From the IMG/VR virus record IMGVR_UViG_3300028887_000078: a stretch of 64,000 bases of DNA. One strand, given 5' to 3'. Below the pieces are notes generated by a model. The model saw nothing but the letters and a program-made list of their open reading frames with translations, made no database searches and was not told where the DNA came from. The translations under genes and the position numbers were made by a program. Below are positions 63,946 to 64,000 of this stretch, in pieces (position 1 is the stretch's first letter; the number at the start of each line of letters is the position of its first letter). The DNA is from a virus. Lineage: Duplodnaviria; Caudoviricetes.

Positions 63946-64000
63946 TGTGATTTGTTTATTGACTATAAACTATATATAACAAAAAGTTTTGTGTTTTTAA

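Noticed and set aside
1-64000. Stop-codon reassignment (TAG to Gln, as in some Bacteroidota megaphages)
   Set aside because: Long core genes are uninterrupted in the standard code, and TAG, TGA and TAA all end genes at plausible boundaries.

Overview
A 64-kb segment of a T4-like jumbo myophage genome in the standard genetic code, probably infecting Bacteroidota. Host evidence: a TAnnTTTG promoter, A-rich leaders without Shine-Dalgarno sequences, and a small lipoprotein with D-S/T-V/I sequons. Core genes: portal (gp20-like), tape measure, gp5-like hub, gp13/gp15 neck and tail proteins, gp26/gp51-like pair, gp32 SSB, UvsW, RuvC-like resolvase, NrdD with a LAGLIDADG intein plus NrdG, PhoH, Dam-like methylase, GroES, DPS-like ferritin, M16 peptidase, RNA ligase, S1-domain protein, KTSC, the C-terminus of a CCA-adding enzyme and two tRNA-Arg. 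Main signals: (1) Three differently built TnpB/omegaRNA elements, each carrying the phage late promoter TATAAATA: one with IS607-type ends, one between 27-bp terminal inverted repeats with a near-8-bp duplication, and a 195-bp ORF-less IS605-type element that keeps the omegaRNA and re-encodes the C-terminus of the gene it interrupts. (2) A 19-bp GATATATC-RRY-GATATATY box at late structural-gene promoters. (3) About 10 unrelated proteins sharing an M-[KR]-[IL]-[ST]-[ED]-[ST] N-terminal tag, and a second set with T4-like capsid-targeting propeptides. (4) Four DUF285 repeat proteins with variable faces. (5) Apparent absence of GATC, CATG and CTAG despite a Dam-like gene. All calls come from reading motifs by eye; no database searches were run.
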